Shown: positions 24,901-38,100 of the stretch, in pieces
How the letters are laid out: the number at the start of each line of letters is the position of its first letter
How positions within the stretch are numbered: position 1 is the stretch's first letter
Source of the DNA: Azolla caroliniana
Taxonomy: Eukaryota; Plantae; Polypodiophyta
Assembly: GCA_043228905.1 (NCBI GenBank)
Contig: JBHGNT010000004.1
Span: 248,001-312,000 of the forward strand
Direction: 5' to 3'
Length of the DNA stretch: 64,000 nt
Notes under the pieces: model-generated
The model's database searches: none
Told to the model about the DNA's origin: nothing
What the model saw: only the letters and a program-made list of their open reading frames with translations
Program-made: the position numbers and the translations under genes

Positions 24901-26179
24901 TTTGCATAGAAGCATTTGAGGGATAATTTAGCTATAAAAAAGGGATATGCGAGACACCCAATAGCACCATTGTCCTTTGGGTGGGGTTGCAATTGCAATC
25001 AAGTTGTAAAACTAAACCATAAATTTGTGAAATTAGACATGATCACTTGGAGGTTTGACTTATAATAATGTAGAATTAACATAGACATATTTCAAAAATG
25101 TTGACAATGAATGACGTAATATGATTCTTTTAGAGTACATAGTATATGGTTGAGGTCGAGAAAAATGCTCATGGGCAATGTTGGCTTGTTCCTTTGAATA
25201 GTTATGCATAAATTAACTATATGCTCTAGCTATCTACAACACTTTTCTTTGATTCTTGTTTTTGCTCGATTAGTTGCTGAGAAAGGCTTGTGTCTACTAA
25301 ACTCTTGGCTTTGCTAAGAATGGCTTGTGTTGAAACTTGAAACTATGATGTAGGATCATGATGGATGTTAGTATGAGCATAAAAGATGACAATGTGTTTT
25401 TTGGATGAATGCATGATGTAATGGATGACCCAATCATTGACACGAGGAGATAAATTTGATGTTCTTGAGTGAGAAGTCATAGTGGATTTTCATGTATCTT
25501 AGTTTGAGCTAATTGTTTTTTTTTTCTAAAGAAAGATGCACCTTAGTATATTACTTTGAGAACCATACATAGAGAAAACAAAAGGAAGCATTTCATCACA
25601 CTTCTATTCTAATACAAAGGCTAGTATAAGCATCTAATCAAACATATGATGTCATATATGAAACTAGTGGAGCAATAACTACGAGCTATGCAATAGAAAA
25701 TAAGGTATGGTATAATTCCACCTCAGACTAGAAGTCTCAACAAGTTTGAGCTAATTGTTACGAGCATAACCATAGATTTTCAACGGAAAAGGTTCAGCCA
25801 AGCGACTGTGAAGTGCATCAGCGACATAGATGGTCAACCATTTGGTGAGAGGGTAAAAAATAGCGAGGTGGACGGTCTTTACGACCACGAAAAGGAGAAG
25901 AGCTTTAGATAGAGATGGGTTTGGTAAGTACGAATGCGTAGATGTTTGGTTGTGACTCTGCAACCATGAGGCATGTGTGGTGTCCCATGAGACCATGATT
26001 GAAGTCTAAAGACCCACAGTTTCTGAAGCCATATGGGCCCGCTGCACAACCAACCCCCTAGCCAAGCCAAGCCAAGCCAAGCCAAAAGCAAATGGGATGG
26101 ATGGAAGGGAAGAAGGACACAAAGAATAACGTTTTCTGAGTGCTCCCCAGATTCCATTCCATTAATTTAATTTCATAGA

Positions 26180-26657
<478 letters not shown>

Positions 26658-26854
26658 GGCGCGCTCTTTATATATACATATTTATACATTCTGTCTGCCT
26701 TTCTCTCTCTCTCTCTCTCTGGCTCTGTGCCTCTGCAGTAGCAGCAGAAAGAAGGAGAAGGAGAAGGAGAAGAGGAAGAGGAAGAGAGGAAGGAAGACGA
26801 GCATCAGAGTTTTTCTTCACTCTTCCTTTTCTCCTCTGCAGGAAAACGCCATCC

Positions 26855-29800
26855 ATGGCTCCTCCTCCTTCTCCACCTGAGCCTCCTGTCGCCCGCACCA
26901 GGAAGCAGATCTCCATGGCCGGTACCTTCGCCAGTAGTGCTTTCAGTGCTTGTTTTGCCGAGGTAAGTAAACAAAAAACAGAAGAAACCAAGCCTTTCTT
27001 CTCTCCTTCAATTCCCTTTCATTCTTCTACCTGTGATCGCTGGACTATCCATTGTTCTTTCTTCTTCTCCTCCTACCATTTTTGATTTGTTCTTCGGTTC
27101 ACCCTTCAGCCTGTCAAAAAATTTGGCATTTCTCCCATGGATTCCTCTCTGTTGGACATTCTGATAAGATTTTATTCAGCCATGCTTTTGCAAATCTCGA
27201 TATACGCTGATATTGAGCTTGTTCATGCATATTATCACCAAATTCCCAAACTGTAATTTATACAATAATCATACTTCTGTATGAATCTCCTTTGGAGTTC
27301 TGTAGTTGCCTGAAATATGTTTCTTCAGTGTTTATAATGTAACATAATAGACTGTTCAAATAGATTGTTAAATCAACTTCAAGATAAACTTTTGTCATAA
27401 ATATGTATATGTTCTGTCATATATACCTAAATTTACATGCATATGTATATGCATGCATGTATTCATGTATGTGTATTTACAGGAAACCTCACTTTTGAGG
27501 TTCCCACTAGTAATATAATGTTTTCTTCCTAATAAATGTCTATACACATATACAGACATGCACAATTCCTATTGACACCGCCAAGGTGAGGTTACAACTA
27601 CAAGGGAAAGCTGTCGAAGGAGAGGGTGTTGCAGCGTTAAAATACAGAGGAATGTTTGGTACCATGTCTACCATTGCAAGAGAGGAAGGGTTGAAGTCTC
27701 TGTGGAATGGTTTGACACCTGGATTGCATCGCCAGTGTCTCTTTGGAGGTCTCCGGATTGGTCTCTATGAGCCAGTATGTATTTTTGTACCGTTTTTATG
27801 GTGTTTCTACTAAAGAAAATTTGTTTGTCAAACTTTTTCTAATGTCACTATCTTATATCGATCCGAATTTTGCTGATACTAGCTAAGTTCTATTCATGTT
27901 GAAACTGGCAAAGAGAATATACTTGATTTGTTCAAGGAGTTTGGGATGAGTGAAAGTCTTTTTATGTTGTTACTAGTAAAGAGAATTTCCTATCCTGTTT
28001 AAGGTCGTTCATTTACCTGTCTTGTATTTGGATTCGTGAAGTTCTATTAATGTTGCAGCTGTTAAAACGATTCACATTCTTTTGTTTATGACATATTTGT
28101 CAAGGTCTTATGTTTGTGAGTCCGGCTTAGTCATATGCTTTTCTGATTAGTAAAGTTCACTTTTTTGTGTAAGGTTGTGTAGCATATTGACATTTTCTGA
28201 TTAGAATGTTTCCATTTATTTTATTTTCCAGGTGAAGAACTTGTATGTTGGCAAAGATTTTGTAGGAGATGTGCCATTGCATAAGAAAATATTGGCTGGT
28301 CTAACAACAGGTAACTTGCAAAATGTTTCAACATTTGTTATAGTGAAAGGCGTCTTCTGTCTGCTCACTTGTTAAATCTATAAGCTAGTCGAATACCGTA
28401 TTGGGAGTGTTTGTTACAACTTCTGCCATAATGTCAGACCAACTATTTTACTTCCACTGTATTTACAACATATGTTTTCAGGTGCACTTGGTATTATGGT
28501 TGCAAGCCCCACAGATTTAGTGAAAGTCAGGCTTCAAGCTGAAGGAAAGCTCCCTCCGGGTGTTCCACGCAGATATAGTGGAGCAATGAATGCATATTCG
28601 ACTATTGTCAGAAAGGTTCAATTCTTCCTCTATATTGTTATTGTATTATCTATTTCAAATTTCAATCATCCATCCCACTTTTATTTTGCTGTCATCTCTC
28701 TCAATCGTGTACAAACTTCTCTCTCTCTCTCTCTCTCTCTCTATGTGTGTGTGTGTGTGTTTCTCTATGTTTAATTCAGAAGTATTTTGCTGAATACTAA
28801 GAATAACTTGCCAGGGGTAGCTATATTTGTATGCCAGTTATGTATGTATGCATGTATGTCGTTATTTATGTGAGCATATGTATGCATGGGGTTATGTAGT
28901 CCTACTTATGCATGGACACAGCTGTGGTTATGTAGGCGTGCCATATGTATGCATGTGTACTTAATTCAGAATAGTTACCATTGTATAGCCACTTGATGCA
29001 TTCAGATATTTGTCATGGATTTTTTGGAAACCCAGTGTTATTTTATTTTTTCAACTATGAATATCCTGCATCGTTGTTATCATAATTGTCTCGTAGAACG
29101 GCCTCTAGTAGATGTCAGTGTATCTTTCTTTCTTTCTCTCATTATCCGTTGGAGATGTGACAATGGGACTCCTAAGCTGTATTGTCAGCTGTCACATTGA
29201 ATAAACACCATTAGTGGTGACGTTCTTGTTTTCTGCATGATATATGATTATCCAAGAGCCAATCAATTTAAATCCGTACAATATTATTTGTACTGTTTAT
29301 TGCAGGAGGGTGTTGCAGCCTTATGGACAGGATTGGGACCAAATGTTGCCCGGAATGCTATAATTAATGCTGCAGAACTAGCAAGCTATGATCAAGTCAA
29401 ACAGGTTAAGACTTTTGATCTCGAGACTTTTTGAAGTGCAATGTACTTTTATCACTTTGTGTTAACGTGGAGAAGCTCTGAAATACCCCTGTGCTTTTCT
29501 GCATTTCCCCAAATTCCCGTCGACTTTTTCTTATTTCCCAAAAGGGGATAAATTGACCATATAATTGATCAAATAACGCATGTAATTTCTTTAGAGGGGT
29601 TTACACTAAGGGCACATGAGGAAATGTAGAAAGACTCAGGGTATTTCAGTGTATCTCCCTCTAATTTTAACAAATTGAGGTAACTTCCTTGCCTTTTTGA
29701 AAGGGCATAATGTGCGTTTCAATGTAATGCCAGCATCTTGTCTTGAAGATAATTGCAGTTGATCCATTTTTTAACCTCGTCTCCATTTCTGCAGACCTTG

Positions 29801-31046
29801 CTAAAGATTCCAGGCTTTTCTGACAATATCCTTACACATTTACTTTCTGGATTAGGAGCTGGTTTTATTGCAGTTTGTGTTGGGTCTCCTGTTGATGTGG
29901 TATGCATTTTCTTTCCTAAATAGAGTGCACCTTGAAGGTTGATTCTTTGAGACAAATTAATTGGTTTGTAAATTTTGATTCATGTCTGTTTGGTTTCACT
30001 TAATAGGTAAAATCAAGAATGATGGGTAATTCACAAGCATATTCTGGGACTATTGATTGCTTTGTCAAGACTCTTCGCAATGATGTAAGTATTCTCATGG
30101 CTCTGTGTACCTTCAACTGTCTATCCTGGAAAGTGAGACTAAACTACTGTTAACAATATCAATAGTCAGCTTTTTTCTGGCTTCTATCTTTGCCATGCAT
30201 GATGAGGTTTTGTTCATTTGGCATTTGAGAAATCCTAATGGTTGGCTTTTTTCTGGCTTCTATCTTTTCCATGCACGATGAGGTTTTGTTCATCTGGCAT
30301 ATGAGAAATCATAATGTACGGCTTTTTTCTGGCGTCTATCTTTGCCATGCACGATGAAGTTTTGGTCATTTGGCATATGAGAAATCCTAATGTACGGTTG
30401 TTATTTCTAGGTCTATTGTCTTCTTAACATTATGATGTGTTGGAATGCTGCTGTAACAAATTATCACCTTGGATTTGAATTGACGATTATAAGTTGCTAT
30501 AACACTGTCTTTCTATGCAAACATGAGATATTTTGTTAATATATTACTGCCAAGTTCCAACAAATCTGGGTGGACAATTGTGACCTTTTTCTTCTCTGAA
30601 ATGCTAGTGGGCATAACTTCCTTCATATGATTGTGGAACCTTTTCTAGATGAAAGTTTGTTACCTTTTGGTTGTATTTTTGTGCTTTCTGAAATTGTGGT
30701 GGGAATAAAAAATACAAAATCCATCTGCTTTGCACTTTGTCAAATATTTTCTGTTTTCTCATATTAAGTTATTGTTCCCCCCCTTTGACCTCCTGGTCTT
30801 TTGCATGCAGGGTCCAGCTGCTTTTTACAAAGGATTTGTTCCCAACTTTGGACGCCTTGGCTCTTGGAATGTCATCATGTTTTTGACATTGGAACAAGTA
30901 ATGCATATTTGTTTCCAGATTTCCTCGAAAATGAAAATCCTGAACCAGAAATGTGATGATTTGTAGTTTTTAATTTAATAACACCATTTTATTCTTTCAT
31001 GGTATTGCAGGTAAAGAAACTCTTCACCAAAGAGGTACCTTATTGA
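26855..31046 (+). CDS. UCP1: Mitochondrial uncoupling protein (plant UCP1/PUMP type, SLC25), ~314 aa
   Basis: Nine GT-AG exons: 26855-26962, 27556-27774, 28232-28310, 28482-28615, 29306-29404, 29795-29899, 30007-30084, 30811-30897, 31011-31046. Carrier signatures [20 protein letters not shown] and PVDVVKSRMM, plus [19 protein letters not shown]. Confidence 0.96.
29469..29658. mobile_element. Small MULE-like MITE in UCP intron 5
   Basis: Left end ggagaagctctgaaatacccctgtgcttttctgcatttcccc is an imperfect inverted repeat of right end gaggaaatgtagaaagactcagggtatttcagtgtatctcc. No TSD seen. Confidence 0.65.
30169..30400. repeat. Three tandem 76-bp units in UCP intron 7
   Basis: The unit gcttttttctggcttctatctttgccatgca.gatgaggttttg.tcat.tggcat.tgagaaatc.taatg starts near 30169, 30245 and 30321. 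Confidence 0.9.
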
Positions 31047-31823
31047 CATAACGTAACCCACCCCTGTTCTGTAACCACCCAAATTTTGATATATTTTAGG
31101 TTCTCCATGAAAATCTGGGCTTCTCTTATCGAGATGGGTCACAATAATTCTTTACGCCCACATTGTACGCTGAATATTTGTTTCAATACACGAAAAGCAA
31201 TTGAGCTCCTTTTTATTTATATTATTGGAAAACTGAAGGGCATTATAGCTCGCCCAATTTTTTGTTGCAAAGACTGAAAGGACACCACAAATAATTATAT
31301 GATTGTTCTGATTCATCATTGATTTTTCTAGATATACATTAAAGAGTTGGAATTCTAGGTCAAACCACATCTACTGTGAACCTGTAGACTCCTAAATACT
31401 ACTTTAAAGAGGAAGAGGAATATAGCAGAACTCTGAAGTCGTTACTGTCTACAAGATTTTCTTCTGTGGAGTAATATTTGCGATACTTGAGGGGTTGCCG
31501 GTAGGTTTTTAATCTGAAGGCATTGGTGAACGCTACAAAAAGCATGTTACCCCCAACATCGTAGCCTGCTAAATCATAACATTGTTTCCGTCTTGGAACA
31601 TGATATCTAGTGTTGTAAAAACCCTAATGCTTGGCATTGCCCTTTACTTAAAAAAATATTTAAGGAAAGGATGATTCAAAATTGCTCTTTTCCTATATTT
31701 CCTCAGTCTTTGATTTTCTTGGGCATTGATGTCAACAGATCACAGAGCTTCAAAGCTTGCATGATGATTCCTTAGTCTATTCATTCGTCTCATAAGCACA
31801 CACATGTATTTTCTTTATTTGTC

Positions 31824-32571
31824 TCTCCCCCCCCCCCCCTTAGTGAAGTTAGGATTTGGGGTCCAACATACATCCACACACAAGCTTAAATAATGCATAC
31901 AATAGTACATTCATACACATGCATATTCGCACAATAATTGTATGCACTGTACATTCATGTGATTACGCTCTTCAACAATTGAAATCTTTCCCTTTTCTCA
32001 AGGGTTGACTAATCTCTTCCTAGTCTTTTCCTCGTGTTTTTCTTTCTCAAGCTCCTTGCAAGCATGATTGAATAATTTGAATGCAATCTCTCTCTCTCTC
32101 TCTCTCTCTCTCAAATGAATGTTGGTTTGATACCACTTGTTAATTTAATCACTCAAGATTGTACAAGGAGTGCAATGGACAAGATCAAATCAGAATCTTA
32201 GATCTGTACAACAAAGAACCAATGCATAACTCCAAAGATGGCAAATTCACTATTCACAATAATAGGTACAATTCAACATAGAAGATTTGTCACTCTAACT
32301 TGCACACTCTAGAATGGCTTGTGCTCATCTAAGCCTTCATATTCTTGTACATATGTCTTGGAGGGTCCACATGAGTGTGCAAAACAGTCCCTTGTAATGT
32401 ATCCTACACATTGCAACATGTCTCACATTGAAGAAAATGTGACAAGCTAATTAGTCATATGGAACCAATGATGTAGATGGGATGTAGAAAAAGGGATGGG
32501 GCTCTTGTATATGTTTAAGTGAATGGCCAATTTTCCGTATTCAGACAAGAAGATGGTTGTCTAGTTTAGTG

Positions 32572-32573
<2 letters not shown>
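31824..32573 (-). mobile_element. LTR-retroelement remnant: PPT-like tract, ~300-bp non-coding interior, tRNA-Met PBS and one putative LTR
   Basis: tgatacca (PBS TGGTATCA on minus) ends at 32135 and is followed by ct+TGTTA at 32138. ctccccc...ttagt at ~31824-31845 is PPT-like on minus. The right LTR boundary is approximate. Confidence 0.5.
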
Positions 32574-32608
<35 letters not shown>

Positions 32609-32778
32609 TGTGAGTGAGAGTGAGAGGAAGATGAGAAGGTCAACTTGCCATCACATTGAGGAGCAGAGTTTTGAGAATCTAAGGTGGAATAAATCTCCTT
32701 CATACTATTGAGTGGAATGTTGACGTTTTCTCCGTGTCGGGCATTTATTAAAGACACTCTACGTGCACATCGTGACGG

Positions 32779-32841
32779 ATCACGCGGACGAGACCATGGG
32801 GATGGCGATGAATCACGTGGACGAGACCATGGGGGATGGCG
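32779..32841. repeat. 33-bp tandem duplication containing CACGCG/CACGTG (G-box) upstream of the 33141 gene
   Basis: atcacgcggacgagaccatggggatggcg at 32779 and atcacgtggacgagaccatgggggatggcg at 32812. Confidence 0.7.
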
Positions 32842-33140
32842 GGAACGGGGAGGGGTAAAGCATGGGGTGGAGAGAGGGCCCACCCTAAACTATGTATAGT
32901 AGCGGTAGCCAAGAATGATGAATGATGATGAATGATGAGAAATGAAGTGTAGCCAAGAAAAGCACACAAAGATTGGGGGTTAAATAAGAAAGTCAAATGT
33001 TGGAAAGGGTCTAAGACACAAATATGTATACATAATGTTCGTTTTTCTTTTGGGTGTCCGTCCAAGTTCCAATCAATCGAGGGGTGAGTATGTATTTTAT
33101 GTACATATATTATAGGTAGAGTTTGGTTGGTTAAAGGGAT

Positions 33141-34532
33141 ATGTCGTCGTCGTTGTCGTCGTCGTTGTCGTTGTCCACAAAGGCGGCAGTGGCATGTGAA
33201 GGAGAAGAAGAAGGATGCCGGAGATCGCTGTGGTCGACGCTGTGGTCGTGCGCCTCCACGCTGGCGCTCTACTGCGTCGCCAACTGGAACGACCCCCAGA
33301 TCCTGGACAGCAGCGCCGCCGCCACCTCCTTCCGCCGCCGCTGCGCCCACTTCTTCCGCTACTCCGTGGCCATGCCGCTCCTCCAGATCGTCAAGAGGCT
33401 GGACAACCTCATCATGGTGTTGGCCGTACGGAAGTACTACCTCCAGCATCAGCCGCAGCCGCGCAGAGGTGGTCCCATGCCCATGCCCATGCCCATGATT
33501 CCCTTCCGGAGCTTGGCCATCATGACCGTGTGCCCCATCATCCTCCCCATCACACCTGCTACACAAGAGCTTTTCGAGCTGTACGCTCGCAGGCACCACT
33601 ACTCATTGCTGACGGCGGAGGAATTGAAGACGCGATGCCCTCTGGAGCTCTCACCCAATGCCGCAGAAGAAGAAGATGCAGAAGAAGAAGCAGCGGACCC
33701 CCAATCACGAAGAATGGGCGCCAGCAGAAGAAGAAGCTCCCCGGGGCCTCCTCCCAAATACGTGTATCTGGATTGCAAGTACAGTTTCCACCCGTCCAAG
33801 GAGGATCTGGCGGATCGGGTGGTGCTGCTGCTCCTGGGGCTGGCCCCCCATCGCGACCATCTGGAGAAGGTGAAGGCGCGGAACCATTTCCAGACCGCGG
33901 TGAAGGTGGCGCAGGGGTTCGGCTTCCTGCTCGGCGTCGCGCAGCGGCTCACGCAACACCTCCCGGTGAGCGCGGCCGAGGCCGCCGCGTGCATCTTCGG
34001 CTTCATCATCGTCGTCGAGGTGCTGCTCGACTTCATTGTCAGCGCCCACTTCAAGTTCCCGCTCCAACTCCGCTTGTCGAATGTTCAGATCGACGATTTC
34101 ATCCGATACGAACGGCCACGGATCTCCGAAGAGATCGATAAGCTAAGGTTTGAGGTCATGTTGGGCGTGGCATTGCTGACATTGGCTATTGGAGGGGGCG
34201 CCAGCACACTCTACATCCTCCACTACTGGCGTGTCTCCCGCGTCTCCGCAGTCTTCCCCATCTTCTTCTTCCTCCTCCTCATCAGCAATGCCATGACTCT
34301 CCACATCTGGCATCCCACGTCAACTGTCGGCCAAAATCAGTTGCAACCCGATTCCTCACCCCAGCTACGGCATAGGAAGGCGCTTCAATTCATCCTAGGC
34401 ATGACTGACATCGGTCTTGTTATTGCGACCGTGGTATTCTCAATATTCGGCACTATCTTGGATTGGGAAGAGTTCCACGAGAGAGCCGTGGACATGTTCG
34501 CTTGGGTCTTTCCTCACGTCTCTCCCAATTGA
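33141..34532 (+). CDS. Intronless GC-rich multi-pass membrane protein (463 aa) resembling an uncharacterised fungal membrane-protein family
   Basis: Long intact ORF with GC-ending codons and several hydrophobic helices. TATA-like element at ~33105. Motifs: CRRSLWSTLWSCASTL, EKVKARNHFQTAVKVAQ...QRLTQHLPVSAAEAAACIF...FKFPL and C-terminal WVFPHV. Confidence 0.8.
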   Translation: MSSSLSSSLSLSTKAAVACEGEEEGCRRSLWSTLWSCASTLALYCVANWNDPQILDSSAAATSFRRRCAHFFRYSVAMPLLQIVKRLDNLIMVLAVRKYYLQHQPQPRRGGPMPMPMPMIPFRSLAIMTVCPIILPITPATQELFELYARRHHYSLLTAEELKTRCPLELSPNAAEEEDAEEEAADPQSRRMGASRRRSSPGPPPKYVYLDCKYSFHPSKEDLADRVVLLLLGLAPHRDHLEKVKARNHFQTAVKVAQGFGFLLGVAQRLTQHLPVSAAEAAACIFGFIIVVEVLLDFIVSAHFKFPLQLRLSNVQIDDFIRYERPRISEEIDKLRFEVMLGVALLTLAIGGGASTLYILHYWRVSRVSAVFPIFFFLLLISNAMTLHIWHPTSTVGQNQLQPDSSPQLRHRKALQFILGMTDIGLVIATVVFSIFGTILDWEEFHERAVDMFAWVFPHVSPN

Positions 34533-35120
34533 TTGATCTCCTCGTGAGATGAGATCCATCACCAATCCACACTAGCATCCATCAAAATAATGCATCCAAA
34601 CTTTTCAAGTTTATCTAGGAGTATATACATATAATACTAGACTTCTCTAACAAAAAACCTAGTGTACTATATTGGAGCGAGATTTCTATATAGGAGTAGT
34701 TGCTTTGATTTATTCTGAATCATATTATTAGAATCTTCCTTAAACCTTATTATCCTTAATTCTAATGGTTTTTGGGCCATTTGATCAAATTTTTCTTTAA
34801 TTTGCTCATTCTCCACATTCATTATTAAGATATGACAATCATTATCTCCTATTGAAGATGATACATCCGAGGAAGAAATTGTTGCTCGACTGATTCGTCA
34901 AGTCACTTGCAGCTTTTAGAAATTTTATGCCAAGTTTTTTGCTTCTGTCTCGCAATGTTTAGAACTACTCTTTTCAGTGTACATGACATCACAATGACAT
35001 GACTCTTTGTTGTGCAATATGATCTCTCTCTCTCTCTCTCTATCTTTGATGTACGTTCTTGCCTCATTCTCTAAGATTTAAATATCTCTATGGTGTCTCC
35101 GTTCTGCGAAAGCAGTCTTT

Positions 35121-38100
35121 TATAAATCGGTAGAGCAGAGAGCCAAGAGAGAATCGTTGAGTGAAGAAAAACTTTGTTTCAAAAGGGGGAAAAACAGCAA
35201 AAACGATGGCTGTGTAAATTCTGCCTCTCTCTCAGAGTGGTTTTTCTCACAAACCCTATATCTAGTAAAGGAGAAAAATAAAGTAAAGAGTAAAACAAGA
35301 GCACAGGCCATTTTGTCTCTATGTACATACATATAACAATCTCCCACTAAAAGGCCTAAACTAAGAGTGTGAACAATAGAAGGTTGAACTATAAAAGGCC
35401 TATACCTCCCACCTGATGGGCATGTTACGTAAGGCACTAGGTGATCCCCATCAAGTGACAACAATGCCCCAATGCATCTTGTGGTAAGGCCTTGGTCAAT
35501 GTGTTTGTGGCATTTTCTCGAGACACAACCTTCTCAAGGCTAATGCAAGTTCCATAGGATGAACCATACGTACCATTCGCGCATTCGTGTTCGAGAATGA
35601 TAAACACCCTTGAAGAATGATAAATACCATACTTTTGGATAAATGATTTACTATAAGGTGAATATTTTTTTCACGCTAAATTTTTTTTTAAAATTACAAA
35701 AAAAAAAACACATTACCTTCTTAATAACAATATGCTTTTTTTCGTAAATCTATTTATTGTAATTTTTGTGAGTATAAATTTTGTACTACATAGCTTAGTA
35801 TATGTGTGTAGACATTACACGAATTACTTCAAAATGATAGAAATTATAGACAAATTAAAGCAATTACAAGCTTTATAGAATAATTACAGAAATTATAGAA
35901 TAATTTCATCACAGAAATTTCATTACATAACATTTAAACCCTATTATTAACCCTAAATATACCTGAATCTCGTTGGTAAGCAGATCATTCGAGGCTAGGT
36001 GGGAGAGGAGAGGAGAGCGTAACGTTACGTTGATGTGCAGAGGAAAAGGGGGGAAAAGGGGAAAAAGAGAGAAAAGACAAAAAAAAAAGGAAAAAAGGAA
36101 AAAAAAGGAAAAAAATAACACACGAATATTTGAATATCATTCGTGTTCGTTTTCCAACATAGGAAAACGGATGATATGGCAGACGAACATGAATGCGGCA
36201 CATTCTTGGAGACGGGATCTCCAAGCAATGACCTCTCCCATAATTTGGAAAATGTATCTTGAAGTAGATTTCCTACTATCAGCACATCCAACATAATCTG
36301 AATCTGTATTCGATGATACAGACATCACCTCTACCCAAGCATAGACATTTATCTTTAGTGCCACTCAGATATCTCATTATCAACTTGAGTGCATCCCAAT
36401 GTTTCTTACCAAGATTTGACATGAATTGACTTACCATTCCCACTGCAAATGCAATGTCTGGGCTAGTAGCCACCATGGCGTACATGAGACTACCAATCGC
36501 AGATTGATAAGGAACCTTGGTCATGAATTCCTTGTCCTCATCAGATGTGGGGCAATCACATGTGCTCAACTTTACATATGTAGGTAATGGAGTGCTCAAC
36601 GGCTTTGCATTCTCCATATTAAACCTCTTGAGTACTTTGGATATGTACTCAACTTGAGACAAGTAAATGCATTGCTTGCTCCTATCACGAGTAATACGCA
36701 TGCCAAGAATATGTTTTGTGTCTCCCAAATCCTTCACGTCAAAAGTTTGGCTCAAGTTTTTCTTCAACAAGGATAACTCATCCTTGTTTTTACCAACGAT
36801 AAGCATATAATCAACACAGAGTATCAACATAATGGAACTCTCATATGAACATTTTTTCGTATAAAGATAAGGATCCTCATTGCTTCTAGTGCACCCTTGA
36901 GTCTTCATAAAAGCATCAAACTTTTGGTACCACAATCTTGGGGATTGTTTAAGCCCATACAAGCTCTTCTTGAGTTTACATACCAAGTGTTCTTTGCCCG
37001 AGACTTCATAACCTTATGGTTGTTCCATATAGACCTCCTCATTAAGATCCCCATGCAAGAAAGCAGTCTTTACATCCATTTGGACTCATTCTAAGTCCCG
37101 ATTCGTAGCTAACGCAAGCAACATATGCAATGTAGTCATCTTAACTACAGGAGAGAAAATTTCATCAAAGTCAACTCCTCGTTCTTGCTTGAAACCTTTG
37201 GCTACCAAGCATGCTTTGTGCTTTGGAGAAGTTCTATTAGATGTATATCTATACTTGTAGACCCACTTGCATGGTAATGCTTTCCTATCCTTTGGCAAAG
37301 GTACTAAATCCCAACTACCATTATTATAAATACTGTCCAATTCACTTTGCATGGCATGCTCCCACTTAGCATGATCACTAGCCAACATAGCTTCTTTATA
37401 ACAAGAGGGTTCACCTCCATTTGTTAACATCACATAGTCTGTGAGCTTAGCAGGTGGCCTAGAGACACGAGTAGATCGTCTCACTGGTTGCTGAACCGAA
37501 TTTGGAATGTTTTTAGGTTGTACACATGCATCATTATTTTGAACATCCTCATATGGGTGTACATTTGTAGGACTGTTCAACATAGGTGTGGGATTATTCT
37601 TTTGCACACTAATAGAGGGTGTAACATCTTGAAACACCACTTTCCTCACTTCCACTTCCTTAATTGGATGCTTATGCGTAATCTTTTAATTGAAAACGAC
37701 ATCACTACTTCTGACTATAGTGCGCATTTCGGGGTCCCATAAGCGATATCCAAAATGACCATCTATTCCATAGCCAAGAAAAATACATTTCTGCTTTTAA
37801 AATCTAGTTTTTGCCTTAACTGTTTTGGAACATGAACATATGCTTCACATCCAAACACTCTAAGATGATCATATTGAGGGGTTTTTCCAGTCCACAACTC
37901 TTGTGCCATCAAACCTTTGGCAATACTAGGTGATAGATTAATCACATGAACAACAGTCCGAACTGCTTCTGCCCAAAAACCTTGCGGAAGGTTTGCATGA
38001 TGCAACATAGAAAAAATTCTATCTTGGATGGTTCTATTCATCCTTTCCGCTACACCATTTTGTACAGGAGTGTATGGGGCAGTATAATCTCTACGAATGC

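Noticed and set aside
22000-25500. Possible hAT transposase remnants (also ~15700-17900)
   Set aside because: Only faint motif hints in stop-riddled frames; I cannot support a family call or boundaries.
25751-26157. Minus-strand ORFs upstream of UCP as a divergent gene
   Set aside because: Partly derived from a (GCCAA)n repeat; no domain or exon structure; more likely promoter sequence.
32748-34141. Long overlapping ORFs (32748-33599 -, 33215-34141 +, 33599-34054 -)
   Set aside because: Shadow frames caused by high third-position GC of the 33141-34532 gene.
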